Below are positions 1-12,628 of a stretch of 64,000 nucleotides of DNA, one piece after another (positions within the stretch are counted from its first letter, which is position 1; the number at the start of each line of letters is the position of its first letter). Source of the stretch: Adineta vaga (Eukaryota > Animalia > Rotifera); NCBI GenBank assembly GCA_021613535.1, contig CP075493.1, forward strand, positions 14,012,001 through 14,076,000, read 5' to 3'. The notes under the pieces are model-generated. The model saw only the letters and a program-made list of their open reading frames with translations. It made no database searches and had not been told where the DNA came from. Made by a program: the position numbers and the translations under genes.

Positions 1-43
1 ATTAGACAAATTAATAATATAAGTATTTGAATATTTCAAAAAA

Positions 44-625
44 TTAAGCATGAATACGTTTAATCTCAGCTATTCTCCCTTCAATTTCTTTGAAATATTG
101 ACCCCATTTGTTATTCATACACTTATTAATTTGTTGAGTATATCGATCGAGAATAGCATCAGTATTTTTGCCTTTATTCTTCGTAACGTCTTTCCAAACA
201 TCGTTGATGAATTGATGAAAATGATCAAGTACTTCACCAAATGAGTTTTGCATTTCCTTGAACAATGGTTCAACAATCTTAAGTAAATTCAAGTAAGCTT
301 GCATTTTAGCATTATACTGAGGATCATCGGGCGATGGACGAGCTTGTTTGATCCGCGTCCGTAAATCTACTGTTTTATCGACTAACATTACATGAATATC
401 ATGAAGCATTTGATCAATATAAGCATCAAGTTCATCGTTCGACATCGCTGCAGTATCACGTGCCGGGCTAGCACCTTGTTTAAGCTTAAGTACAAGAGTC
501 TTGAACTTTTGTCTCATATTATCTTCTGTGATTGTACGAGTTCCCTAAAATAAAAATTATTAATCTATATTTTTTATGAAATCCAGTTCCAATTAATTTA
601 CTCCAGATGTATTTCGCTGCGCCAT
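44..625 (-). CDS. Small all-helical protein of unknown function (QARP-motif family), 2 exons (625-602, 544-44)
   Basis: ATG at 625 gives MAQRNTSG; phase-0 GT..AG intron 601-545 joins in frame to the 157-aa ORF; similar to the 20078-20687 gene. Confidence 0.8.
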
Positions 626-1118
626 AATTGTAGAACGAATTTTGTTACTCTATCTAGAAGAATTCAAATACTTACGTAACACGATTACTTATGCATCTTT
701 GACGCTCATTTTTATACGGAGATGATATCTGTTTCTTCAAGAAGGAACGAATGCGTCATATAGATAACGAAGTGTCTATGTCGGAAAAAAAATACCAACT
801 TGCTCTATCTTTCTTTTAGAGATACGAAAGATTAGAGTATTTTAAAGGAAAAATCAGTATGGAAGACAGATAAAGCCAAGAATAAATAAAACAATCTTGT
901 TACACAAAGAGAACGTTCGTCGACACCTTCTTCTATCTCTCTGCATGCAATGCATATAATATGCTACATTTTTATCGAATATACACAAAGTTGTTGCATT
1001 AAATCTTATCCGTTCATACCAACACTAAATTACACTTATTCTTTCATGATATAAAAATTCGTTATTTTTTTATTCTATTATTCTTTACCATTTTAGATTC
1101 GATTGAAATCATACAATT

Positions 1119-1316
1119 ATGAGCAACAATAGTATTACCGGTGACAACTTTCGAACAACAGCAGACAATGCAATGACACAAATGCAAACAGAAAATATAG
1201 CTACACAACTTGAGGAAAATTGTGATGCAGTAATTAAAAATTGTCTTGGAATGTGTGACAACAAATTGCACGAAGTTCAAAAAGCAATCAAAAATGAAAA
1301 ACCAGTCATTTCATAA
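1119..1316 (+). CDS. 65-aa helical protein, divergent from the 44-625 gene
   Basis: Clean ORF with helical character, preceded by a ttttag acceptor and followed by an ATTAAA/AATAAA-like signal; no recognisable family. Confidence 0.5.
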   Translation: MSNNSITGDNFRTTADNAMTQMQTENIATQLEENCDAVIKNCLGMCDNKLHEVQKAIKNEKPVIS

Positions 1317-2169
1317 AATATTTCCTATTGAGAAATGTTTCATCTATTTTCTCTTCAATAATATATTAAATAAAACATCGTAAAATCGATATCAATCCAT
1401 CTTTAAAAAAACGGTCTTCTTTTGATTATAAAAAATGATGAAGATATATATGTTATAATAATTTAATGTCCCTTTGTCGTAAGAAAGATAGTTTGTATAG
1501 TAAGAAGATATTGAAGGATTTTTGAAATATTCTGACCCCGCAGATCAAAATTATTTCTTATGTCATAATAGACGCGAACAATACTCGTGGACGATTTAGA
1601 AAAATATTCCATGATGATGTGATATAAAACAAAATTGTTGCTAGAATAGATTTCGATTCGAACACAATTAATCGAAAATATGATTTAAAAATATCAATAG
1701 AAATGTTTGAAAATTAAAATTCTAAAACATCTTAATCCGTAGTTAAATAAAGAATAGCACTATAACGAAAAGACGTCGAAACGTATGGTATCAGTGTATT
1801 TTCTTTACTATCAAAAATACACATACTATGTGTTATAGAATGAGTTTGTTTTGTCTACTTGTCAATTGAAATTCAGTTTTGGAATAAATGCGAATGATTT
1901 TGAATATTTCACGTAATTACTATGTTACTTATATATTAGTGCCCTCTACAATTACAAAAAACATAACATGAGTAATCGTATATAAATATTTCTTTCTTTC
2001 GTTCTGTTCTCTCTTATTTCTTTTTCTTCTAACAAAAAAGCATAATTTTCTTTTTACCTTCACATTTTTCTTTTCTTTTCTTTTCTGTTCTAGCGAAGGT
2101 GTTGTTGTCAGTTTGGATTGACGTATATATTTAACTCAAAACAAGGAATAGTGTGGTTTAAATAGAAAA

Positions 2170-3554
2170 ATGACAAATCAAACAACAATGATTATTATAA
2201 CATCTGATGATAATCTTATTCAACAATTTGCTTCGAACAAAAATGAAAATACATATATGATTAATTTAAATGATCAACAAAATACACCAATTGAATTAAC
2301 TCGAAATGATCAAGTTTATAAACGAACCATTGACACGTCCGATTATCATCAAACAAAATCAGTTAAAATACGAAAAAAATCACTTGATTCAACTTGTATG
2401 ATCTGTGGTGATTGTGCTATTGGATATAATTATGCAGTTCTTTCATGTGCATCATGTAAAGCTTTTTTTCATCGAAATGGACAATGCAATCCGGTTTGTT
2501 ATGATGTTTTATCTATTTTGATTTCACTGCATTTTTTTTCTAGAAAGAATTCAAATGTTTAACAAATCATGGTCAATGTGTAATTGATTGTAAAATAAGT
2601 CGAAAATGTTTTCACTGTCGATTAGAACGATGTTTAACTATGGGAATGAGAAAAGATTTTCTTCTTAAACAAGATGAAATACAACGAAGAAAAAATTCCA
2701 GTCGAAGTCGAAATAATTCATTGACATATGATGAAATTGATCGTGTAAGTTTTTCTCTACTATGATTATCATATCATTTGATATTCTTGCTCATGTAGTT
2801 ATTCATGAATTCTGACGAACTAGATTATTCTTTGACTATTCAAGATTGGGAAAGTATCAATAAGATTTATACAGCATTTTTATCGATTATAAATGGATGT
2901 GAAGATATGACTGATTTTGATGACGTATCGAACCAAACATCGGAAATAATCTGTTGTTTACAATCGAACAATGAAATTGCTCTTCAAATGATTAAGTTTT
3001 GTCGTTTAATTGATGATTTCGAGAAACTAAATGGTGATGATCGTTTTCTTCTTATTAAATATAATCTTATGATACTCTTTTGTATTTCAACATGTACCAT
3101 AATGAAACCTACCGATGATGGTTCTTTAGATGAAGAAGATAAACGATATATGTATATAATATGTAATCAATCAGATCATATCTATGAAATGGTGATCAAT
3201 GTCGGTATTACTATAAGAAATTTGATTCAAGATGATAATATAACCTTATCACTTTTACTTGTCATTTGTCTTTTCTCAAAAGGTTTATCAATGAATGAAA
3301 ATGAACCATCACTGAATGATTCATTAGCAGTTTATCGACTTCAGTCTTATTATACAAAGTTATTATGGAATTATCTGATTAAAAAACAAGGTGAAACAAA
3401 AACATGTCAAAACTTTACTCAATTATTGACAGCTATTTTTCGAGCGCAATCTGCAGCAAAGAAATTTCGAGAATTTCTTAGCGGTCAAGCAACAACACTG
3501 GATACTGTTGATGATATTGCACCATTGATGCAAACTCTTCTACATATTTCCTAA
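2170..3554 (+). CDS. Nuclear hormone receptor (NR1-like, C4 DNA-binding domain + ligand-binding domain), exons 2170-2493, 2544-2744, 2799-3554
   Basis: CMICGD..GYNYAVLSCASCKAFF, spliced second finger C..CVIDCKISRKCFHCRLERCLTMGM, LBD signature FEKLNGDDRFLLIK, C-terminal PLMQTLL. Confidence 0.92.
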
Positions 3555-3555
3555 T

Positions 3556-4308
3556 TTCTTCTTTGCTTAATTTGACTCTAGCAGCTGCAACATTTTCTTC
3601 TAAATTTTTTATTTTACTGGTGCCTGGAATGACAATAAAATCATTACCTTGAGCAAGAATCCATGATAATGTTAATTGATCGGGTGTACAACCTTTTCTC
3701 TATACTATTACTGTTAGATCAACAACTAATTTAAGATTTTTCGGAAAATTCTCCTGGAAAAAACAAGGAATCATTCGTCGAAAAACATCAGGACTTATGA
3801 TCTGTCCACAAAATCATTCACGATCTAATGGTGATTAACAAACAATTGCAACATTAAGTTCTCGACATGTTTTCAATATCTGAACTAAATCGTGAATATT
3901 CAATTTGTACACAAGCTTCATGAATATATTGTGCATCACCACGATCTGTATACGTTTTGGTGACAGGATTTATTACACCAGCAAACTTTGTTGCAAGAAA
4001 TACCTTGAGATAGAAAAGAATTATAATATTTCGATTTTTTTTTCAAATCAACAAAATGTTTTGTTATACCTTTTGACGTTGTTGTGGATACTTCTTGAAA
4101 TATTTCCCTAATAAATCTTCATTATCATCATAAACATCGGCAGTATCGAAGTAGGTACTACCAAGTTCAATAACACGATCTAAAACTTTGAATCATTCTT
4201 CATCAGGTCCTGCAGGTTCATATGAGATTGATAAACCCATTGTTCCAAAACTAATTGCTAATACTTTCGCACCATTTTTAGCCAATTGACGTTGCGGTAT
4301 TGATGAAT
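3556..4308 (-). pseudogene. Aldo-keto reductase (YakC/AKR13-like, fungal-type) pseudogene
   Basis: Minus strand reads QRQLAKNGAKVLAISFGTMGLS..PDEE*FKVLDRVIELGSTYFDTADVYDDNEDLLGKYFK, later VQIEYS and KGCTPDQLTLSWILAQGNDFIVIPGTSKIKNLEENVAAA; several stops and frameshifts. Confidence 0.85.
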
Positions 4309-4764
4309 GATTAGAGGATCGACTACACGTATTGAATTTTTACAAGAGAGTTTAAGCAGTAATATGTAGAAATATCGAATAACTGTGCCTATAGTATATA
4401 TGCCCATGTACAAATGCGTGACGAAATAAAGAAAGGTGAACGCAATCGTACTTGACAGGAAAGAAAGAAAAAAAATAGAGGTATCTGTAAATAGAAAGCA
4501 GAACAATCGAGTCTATCATGATCCGTTACAATTCGATTTCATGAAAGAGAGATATGTGTGTACGTGCTCCATTCACATTTCATTTATATACTGATATAAT
4601 TAAAATGCAATATTTTCCAAGCTTTTATTTATTGACAACATGGAACTTTAGGAGGAATCTATATATTTTTATAAGTTAATGAAGAAACAAAAGTTTATGA
4701 AGTTTTTAGTTTAATCGTCAATTTTCTTGTTTGTGTGGTAAGGTGACGTTGATGAGCACATTAT

Positions 4765-5280
4765 CTATCCGCCAGTAATCACCACCAAATCATATGTTCC
4801 ACAATAGACACCATCAATATAGACATCAACTGGACCCCAAATGAAAATGATAAAACGAGATGCAACTTGATCTTCTCCTCTAGGTGCTACTTCAGCTCTT
4901 GCGATTGTTTCTCCAGTTCTATCGACGAGAGCAGTATTTAAACTTTTCTTTTCGACAGCATCTGTTACCCGAATTCGATAACAACCACTTAATGTTTTTG
5001 TTTTCATACATTGAAATGCAACGTATACTTCACCATTTTCAATTTGTTTCCTTGATACATCCAACTTAGAATCAGTATTTAATGGCACAGCAGCAAATTC
5101 ACCTTCTTCACCTTTCGACTGAGTCACTATTTTCGATTCATCGATTTTTAAATCAAGCTCACGGGCTTCACTAATTAGTTGCTGAACAAGTTCATTCTGA
5201 ACCGCTTTGGCATGAATATTCGATGGTAGAAAAATTGCTAATAGAATTGCACTAGCAAAAACCAATCTCCAGTATAACAT
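4765..5280 (-). CDS. Secreted protein of unknown function, 171 aa, intronless
   Basis: Signal peptide (RLVFASAILLAIFLPSNIHA), intact ORF, AATAAA downstream on the minus strand (~4628-4633). Confidence 0.75.
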   Translation of the reverse strand: MLYWRLVFASAILLAIFLPSNIHAKAVQNELVQQLISEARELDLKIDESKIVTQSKGEEGEFAAVPLNTDSKLDVSRKQIENGEVYVAFQCMKTKTLSGCYRIRVTDAVEKKSLNTALVDRTGETIARAEVAPRGEDQVASRFIIFIWGPVDVYIDGVYCGTYDLVVITGG

Positions 5281-6546
5281 TTTATGCTAAATGAAAAAAA
5301 AAGAAACAACGAAATGATGTAGTACGAAGTTAAATTTCGATTTATGAATATGAAAATAACGAAAGATTTCTATTACTTCATAAATAGACTGCCAATTTCA
5401 GCTAAGTACTAACTAGGAAACAATAGGGAAAACTGTGCATACAATTCTCTCTGTATTGATGATATAACTTATCCTTTATTTATTGCAATGATATGTGAAA
5501 TCGAAATATGGCGGTTTACACTATTAGATATCCAAGCAATTTACATCGGTTAATATAGAGGATTTAGTTCCGAGTTCATCAACTGTGACGACAATAACAT
5601 GTAGACACCTGGACGAACACTCAAACGTACTGAAGTATGGTAGGAACTTGGACTTCCGAGTTTAATGATATGTGACGAAAATAACATTTACGTATTCATA
5701 CTTTGGGTTCGAAAATATACATCGTTGAAGACTGATTGCCTGTGTGAATATTCAAGACGACAGAAACAGAGAATGAAAGAATTGGTAAACATTTATATTA
5801 ATACGTTTTCGTACACAATGATAGGTCGACAAGTAAAAATCATAGTACAGCTTCACTGTCATTTCATTGAAGAAGCAGTAGAAGAGAAGAAAAAAATCTG
5901 AATGATTGATCAAGGGAGAATCCATGAGGACCCATCCACTTTTTGGAAAGGTTTTTTTCGCGTCAAAGTGTCAGTATGCTCTTAAAAACACTTTTGGTGA
6001 GAGAAAAAATAAGTCTCTTCTATTAAATATTCCGAGTTTTGGAGCAGTTCTTCGGAACACCTATGATATGTTTTACTATATAGAGAAAATGTCAGCGAAA
6101 GGCTTAAAACTTGTTCAAAAGCATTTTTTTGTGTTCAAAAAGATAAAACAAGTATAAAAACATGTTTCCAGAGAAACATTAGACTAGTCCTATTGAAAAT
6201 CCTGAGTGCTGAATCATCTTCTCAAAATATAGGAATAGTCATACTTTATCAACTGCGCTTCTGTTCAATTAACTTGAAGAATTTTTATTTTTCGTTGGAA
6301 GTTTAACGATACTGTAGTCTAAGAACGATGTTAAATTGATGATTTTGTTCACATTGATAAAAAGATTTGCCGTTAAGCCGTACTGTAGAAGTGAGACCAC
6401 TTAGTCTAAGAGGATAGTACTATCGGAGTGATGAATTTTTCATGTCTCTGTAAGGATATCTTTAAACGTAAAGTCTTATATACAAATGTCGTGACTTTAA
6501 ACGAACAATATTACGAGATGAATCATTGAATATAAGAAAATATCGA

Positions 6547-6730
6547 CCTAGGTGAATGAAAACGGCCACGTTTACGGTATGAAAACGTACCGTAAACGTT
6601 TTAAAAACGGTGTAGTTACGGTATGATACGGTATCTATTCGGACCGTTTTTGGCCCGTATCGAACCGTATTATCGGGCACAGAATTACGATCCGTAATAT
6701 GCCCGTTCAGTAAACGTTCCGTATTTGGTG
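6547..6730 (+). repeat. Left terminal/subterminal repeat tract of the CACTA element
   Basis: GC-richer block with many TACGG/AAACGG/CCGTA motifs in both orientations. Confidence 0.75.
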
Positions 6731-7141
6731 GTTTTCTGGGAGCTATCGGATATGATGAAACAGTGTGTTTTATTCAGTATTGAGACCGTTTTTTGTCTGA
6801 AAACAAACCGATTCATAATCGTTTGCACGAGTCAAAATATATTATTTCGATAATTCTTTAATCCTACATCATTTATTTGATTTAGAAATAGCTCTATGAG
6901 TTCACTTTCATCTAGTTAGATTTTTTATCAAGTTTCTATATAAAAAGATAACAAAAAAACAATATGTAACAATAAATATGTTTCATAAACATAGAAATAA
7001 AGCTTGAGAAAAAAAATGGTTTTTGTTCATCGCAAATTGTATTCATAAATTCATATCTTCATAAAGGTTTATATACATTACTTGTTTAGTTCAATATTTA
7101 GATCATTTGATTTAAAAATATTTGTTTTCAATCTTCTATAA

Positions 7142-8716
7142 CTATAATTGACTATTACTGGGAGATGGTAATGGAATATCATGAGATGGTTGTTGCATTG
7201 CTTTCTTTCGTGGTTTTCTTGTACCTTCATTGTACAAACATCCTGCTAATGATTCTTGTATTCGTTCTTTATAAAAGATATTATAATGATGTTTTCCTAT
7301 TCGATAACGATGACGAATAGCTTCTGAAACATGATAAAAAGAAATTTAATCTTAATAAATTTCTTTACATATAATAGGTAGGTGCATTTAAAATAATATA
7401 AAATTTCTTACTATTCAATAGATTAAATCGTTCATGATCTAATGCAGGTTTTGAGTATCGTTGGGTTTGTTGAGATGGTAACAATGACGTTTCTAATTCA
7501 TGTTCAGTAAATAATTTTCTTAACAAATTTCTACCATATTCAGCAGCATTACTTGCTGCAACTTCAAGTAAGTTTTCACCTTGATACAACTAAATATAAA
7601 AAGAAGAAAAATATTCTATAAAAACAATAACAACATAGTTCTTTTTAGAAAAGTAAGATGTGTTACCGATGACATCAGTAAACGAAAATGTGACATCTTT
7701 TTTGATATACTTGATAATTGTTGTTGAGTATCACGACTATCAGTACAAACCTCACGTACATATGCTTGAACATTTTTTAGTTCATCAAGTATATGTTTCA
7801 TTGAAACAGCATGATCATGATCAGCATCTGCTTCATCATCTGATGAAGATAATACCGGATAAGCAACTATTGAACGAAATAAACAATATAAAGTCTAATG
7901 AAAGTTTCATCATGAATAACTATTACCACCAGCACGTGAATCAGTATGATTTGTAGCATGTGAATTATGTGAACGTTGATTGGTTGAACGATTTGAACGA
8001 TTATTTGGTGCAAATCGTTTTGATGAAACAACTAAAAATTATGGTATCATGAGAATATATTCATATAAATTACACGCTAGAAATGATTACATACCAACAG
8101 ATGTCAAATCAGAAGAACTAGGTCGACGTGCCAAAGTTTTTTGACGTCGATATGGTGCAGCTATAATATTATTTATTTGTATGCAATCATACATATTTGG
8201 GATATAATACATACGTGTTGAAAACGAATTTGTTGGTATTTGTAATGTTTGTTCCATTAAATCAGCTGATGTATTCTCCTCCTCATCATCATCTTCGTCG
8301 TCATTAGGTATTTGCTCGGTATTACTATTATCTTAAATATATAAAATAATATTTACCAACTATGAGGTATAATGGAACTTTACCTTTTGACGAATGCGTC
8401 TGTTTGTTCCAGTGATTGATACACATATCTTTTGTTCCTAAATTATTAAACTTTCGAGTTTTATGATCTGTTATACATTGCTCGTACTAGAAAATTTACC
8501 TGATGTTATTAATTTTGCTGTTCGTCCACCGTTCATTAACACCGATCCATCATTTTCAAATCTTTTTACACTGGAATTACCAACAATCATCATAAGTCCA
8601 TTATCATCATAAACAATTAAATGATATTTTGTTGTACCAGGTGGATTCGAAGGTGAAAATTGTTCTTTTGGTTTTGCCAATCTCTTAGTAACTTGTTGTG
8701 TGATACTACTTGCCAT
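7142..8716 (-). CDS. Transposon accessory protein with C-terminal BEN domain (multi-exon)
   Basis: ATG 8716; acidic and low-complexity middle exons; exon 7589-7410 YQGENLLEV..EYGRNLLRKLFTEHELETSLL..KPALDHERFNLLN spliced to EAIRHRYRI..; stop TAG at 7144-7142. Confidence 0.7.
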
Positions 8717-8936
8717 TTGTTAAGTTGAAGTATAGTCAGAATCTGAAGAAAATACAAAAAATTTCAAATTAATAGTCAACAATACGTTAAATGAACAATA
8801 TACGATAATACTAAACAAATATCAATAACACCATAGATACATTATTTTATCTTTAACAAGAGTTGTTTTTAAACAAAAACAAAATTTCGATCATAGGAAA
8901 ATAAGAGCTAAAATAAAGAGATCTAAAGTTTATCGC

Positions 8937-11901
8937 TTAGTCATGTTCATTATACGATAAAACGTTTGTTACAAACAAATAATCATTTTTATCGACGACA
9001 ATACAATGATTTAATATTTGACAAACAGGAATGATATCGAATTGAGAATAAAAATATTCTAGAACGAAATATAATTTATCAACTGTTTTTTTAAGTAAAT
9101 AATAATAACTAGACATTTTGAAAGTTTCACTGAATAAGCATTTGACAGGATGGTGTTTAAGAACAGCATAACTTTTTTCATCACATGTGAAAAATATATC
9201 TATAATACCAAAGCGATATTTCTTACCATTGTCATCAAAAATATATTGAACAAAATAATTAACAGAATTACCACGTTTATTATAAATCAAAGAGTGAAAC
9301 ATTTTGTTTTTCACAATAAATCGACGATAAATTTTACAGCATAAATCTAAATCATTACAAGTACATGTTAATGTATGAAATTCTTTTAAGTAATGATAGT
9401 TATTTGCTGGTACAGATAGCAAATCATATGGTCCATTAACAATTGATTCTTTTTCTTTTTTGTTTTGAATTGCAAAGTCAATATTGTAAAAATGGACAAT
9501 GGAATCGCCATGATATTGAGTACCATGATGATTAGCACTGACAAAACCAATCAAAGATTCTTGACCAAAACATCCTAAATTGCATAGGGAGCCGTGGGTA
9601 TCATATAAAGAAGATAAATGAATATGTAAATGCAATTTAAAATGTTGTAAATGTGCGTAAAACAACTCGTGATCTTTGTAAAATTCAATGAATAGTTGAT
9701 GTGCAATTGTACTTGTTTTATCACCAAAAATATGGCCACTATGTAAAAGACGTAATGCACATACATACAACGTAAAATGTGAATATTGCTCAATATGCAT
9801 AATTGAATTAAAATGTGGCAGTAGACCATAGAATAACATATTTCGAATTTCAGTTGCTTTAACAAAAGCAAAATTGTCAAATGATCGTAACTTTCTATTA
9901 AAGAAATCTAAATATAAAAATAAAATACAATAATGAAACAAATATTGCAAAAATAAATACTCTAATATTTAAAATTAAATGAAAACCACTTACTTGGAAA
10001 GTGTTGATTGTTGATCTGAATATTCAAGTCTTCACGTTGTTATGGTTTTAATCGATCATAAATTGATGAAATGATCAATTTACCATGACCCAATAAGGAT
10101 ATGTGTAGATAATCTAATACAATTGCATGAGGTAGTTCAACATCTAATATTTTAATAAGAATACTTTCACCACGATGTCCATAAATATCTGAATTAGTTT
10201 TTTCAGATTTATTTGATAATTTTGAATATGCTTCAACAGAACGTAAATGAATTAATTCATAATGAAATTGCATTTTTCTTTCCATATGTTGTCCTTCTAT
10301 AAAACAAAACCAACAACTGAAATATCCATTGTGATTAATAAAATTTGTAATCAAACTTAAAGCAGGACAATCACCAGTTATTCCAAAGATTAACAATTTA
10401 TAATATTTGTCTGAAATACGAATACCTAAAGATAATTTAAAAATATAAAATGTTATTTATGAATGAATGTAAATAAGTGAAAAAAAAAGTGAAGAAACTT
10501 ATTGTTATATCTAAAGTTTTAGTTTTCATCGTTACGTCTTCGTAATTGATGGAAATAAATTAATAAAGCATGCTTCGAGACAATTAGCTATTTTATGAGT
10601 AAAAAGATGTACTGCGAAAAGTCACATACACGGATATGTTTTATTGAGTATATTGTTCTAAAGCAATGTGTCGAATAATACAAATTATTACCTTTTATTT
10701 TTATTGCATCTAGATTATCAATGCAATGACTTAACCATAGTTTTGGTGGTGGATGAACATAAGCTATCCAAATGGAGATAATCACCATGTTGGATCGTTG
10801 AGAACGAAGTTTTGGCGGTAACTCGACGACTGAACCACTAAACATCCACATTTTCAATTTAGTTGAACTTGTAATACCTATACCATCAACGTGTAATAAT
10901 AAGCTTATAAGATTTCGATAATCATTTTTTTTCAAGAGATTTTGATAAACATTTCCAAATGGTATATCTTTTGTTTGTTCATGATCATCGTTGTTATTAA
11001 TATACTGTTTGTATTCATCAATATCGAATGATAATCTATTGACAATTTGTTTGAGTATTAGTTCAACATTGCTATCATATCTAAAAGATAGAGATTTTAA
11101 TGAAACTAGTCGTTTATCAAGTAAACAATTTAATAATGATAAAGCAAGTACTTACATGAAAGCAATTGATCGCTTATCAGTTGAACAACATAATGGACAG
11201 AACTTTTCTCTATTGTCAAACTCTTCTTTACATAATAAGCAGATTGTTCGTTTGGTAAACAAGTTGATTACATTCAATAGTGTTAAAAGTTCTTCTTCAG
11301 CAACAGGTAAATTGTTTGGAACAGGAAGAACAGATTTAATTAAAGATAAAAAGTTATTTGTACCTAATTTCGATAAATTTGCTTGACGTGCTGCTCTAAC
11401 AAATGCTTCACAATAATCTAGAGTTGAATGAATCGTATATTTGTGCAAAGGTATCTTAAGTGAAGTGATACATCCATCATCATCATGTTCATCATCATCA
11501 TCAAGTTCAACTGATATTACTTGTTCGTCATCAGTATAAGTATCAACTTCAGTTGTTGTAATTTGCTGATCATCATTATAATCATCATCATTGTGGATTA
11601 CTTCATCAATACAATCTTCATGTAATTTTATTGACATCGATTCTATTGAAAAACATTTATCACGATCATCATAATTTGATGGATTGGCATCACAAAAAGA
11701 AAAGTTATCATTTTGCGGAAATGTCTGCAGATCTTGTTGAAAAACAGCTGGATCCTGTTGGACTGATATCCGTTGATTAACATAGCATAATTTCTTTGTA
11801 ATCAATCTTTTTCTTCTACGAGAAATATTATGTTTATTATACCTTTGTTTCCTTTGTTGTTGACCAAATTTCTGTTCAAATCCAATATCAATCGAGTACA
11901 T
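8937..11901 (-). pseudogene. CACTA/EnSpm DDE transposase (Transposase_21/Tnp2 type), spliced, with an in-frame stop
   Basis: Zn ribbon CLLC..CPLC; LLLHVDG..ELPPKLR; GDCPA..NHNGYFSCWFC; LDYLHISLLG; KATEIRNMLFY; HLHIHL..HGSL..FGQESLIG; TAA at 10042-10040 inside LKP*QREDLN. Confidence 0.88.
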
Positions 11902-12429
11902 TTATTTCATCTAAAAATACACAAACGAGACAAATTTTGTCAGCTAACTAATCAATTAATATAATCAGTGATAAGGCAGATTAAATAGTAGATCTCGAAA
12001 CATACATGAACGAGAAAATGAGGGAACATAATACAGCTTCTTCCTAAAAACAACGAATGCTAATTACATTGCATTTCTATAGATACTCTTTTATACCTTT
12101 AGTTCTATCGGTCTAGTCGGATGTGAGTGTATATAGATATGAAGATCGTCCGTGGAAATTGAAAGGGACTTTAATATATATAACATTTATTAAAATTCCT
12201 ATTATTAATTTACATATATGTATTCGAATGTTAGATCATGTGATTCATTGTATGTATCTAAATTTTTATATAGATGGCGCCACAATATGCATAATCTAGT
12301 ATATCTACTTTTGTTACATTTTTCAATTTCGTTTTATAAAACTGTTTACCGTTTCATAAAAAATTATAATAATTATACAGACAGTCATATACTGGGATCT
12401 GCAGCCTTAACAAATAGGTTTTAAAAAAA

Positions 12430-12628
12430 ACGTCTAAAAACGGGGCGTAATCTATGTACAGTTATCGGATAGAATTCGGTGCTCCGTAATACGGGCCGTT
12501 AATGGTCCGAAAAGTATCCGTATGTATACCGTTAACTGATGCCAGTATACGAAAAAAGTTGGATATCGGTATAGATACCGTCTTTTATCCGTGTGCGGCC
12601 GTTTACGGTCCGATACTTTCCACATGGG
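12430..12628 (-). repeat. Right terminal/subterminal repeat tract of the CACTA element
   Basis: ACGG/CCGT-rich block ending in CACATGGG followed by TA. Confidence 0.75.

Larger units (their letters stand above)
6547..12628 (-). mobile_element. CACTA/EnSpm (CMC superfamily) DNA transposon, ~6.1 kb, two genes
   Basis: Imperfect inverted termini CCTAGGTGAA / CCCATGTGGA (reverse complement of the right end), both followed by AAACGGCC; ACGG/CCGT-rich subterminal tracts; internal Tnp2-type transposase; no perfect TSD (GA left, TA right). Confidence 0.85.

Noticed and set aside
5906-6300. 83-aa ORF or possible TE terminus starting CAAGGGAGAATCC
   Set aside because: No protein motif and no matching inverted end found; may be a repeat fragment but cannot be supported.
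6462-6680. 72-aa ORF (and 12502-12693)
   Set aside because: Chance frames across the transposon subterminal repeats.
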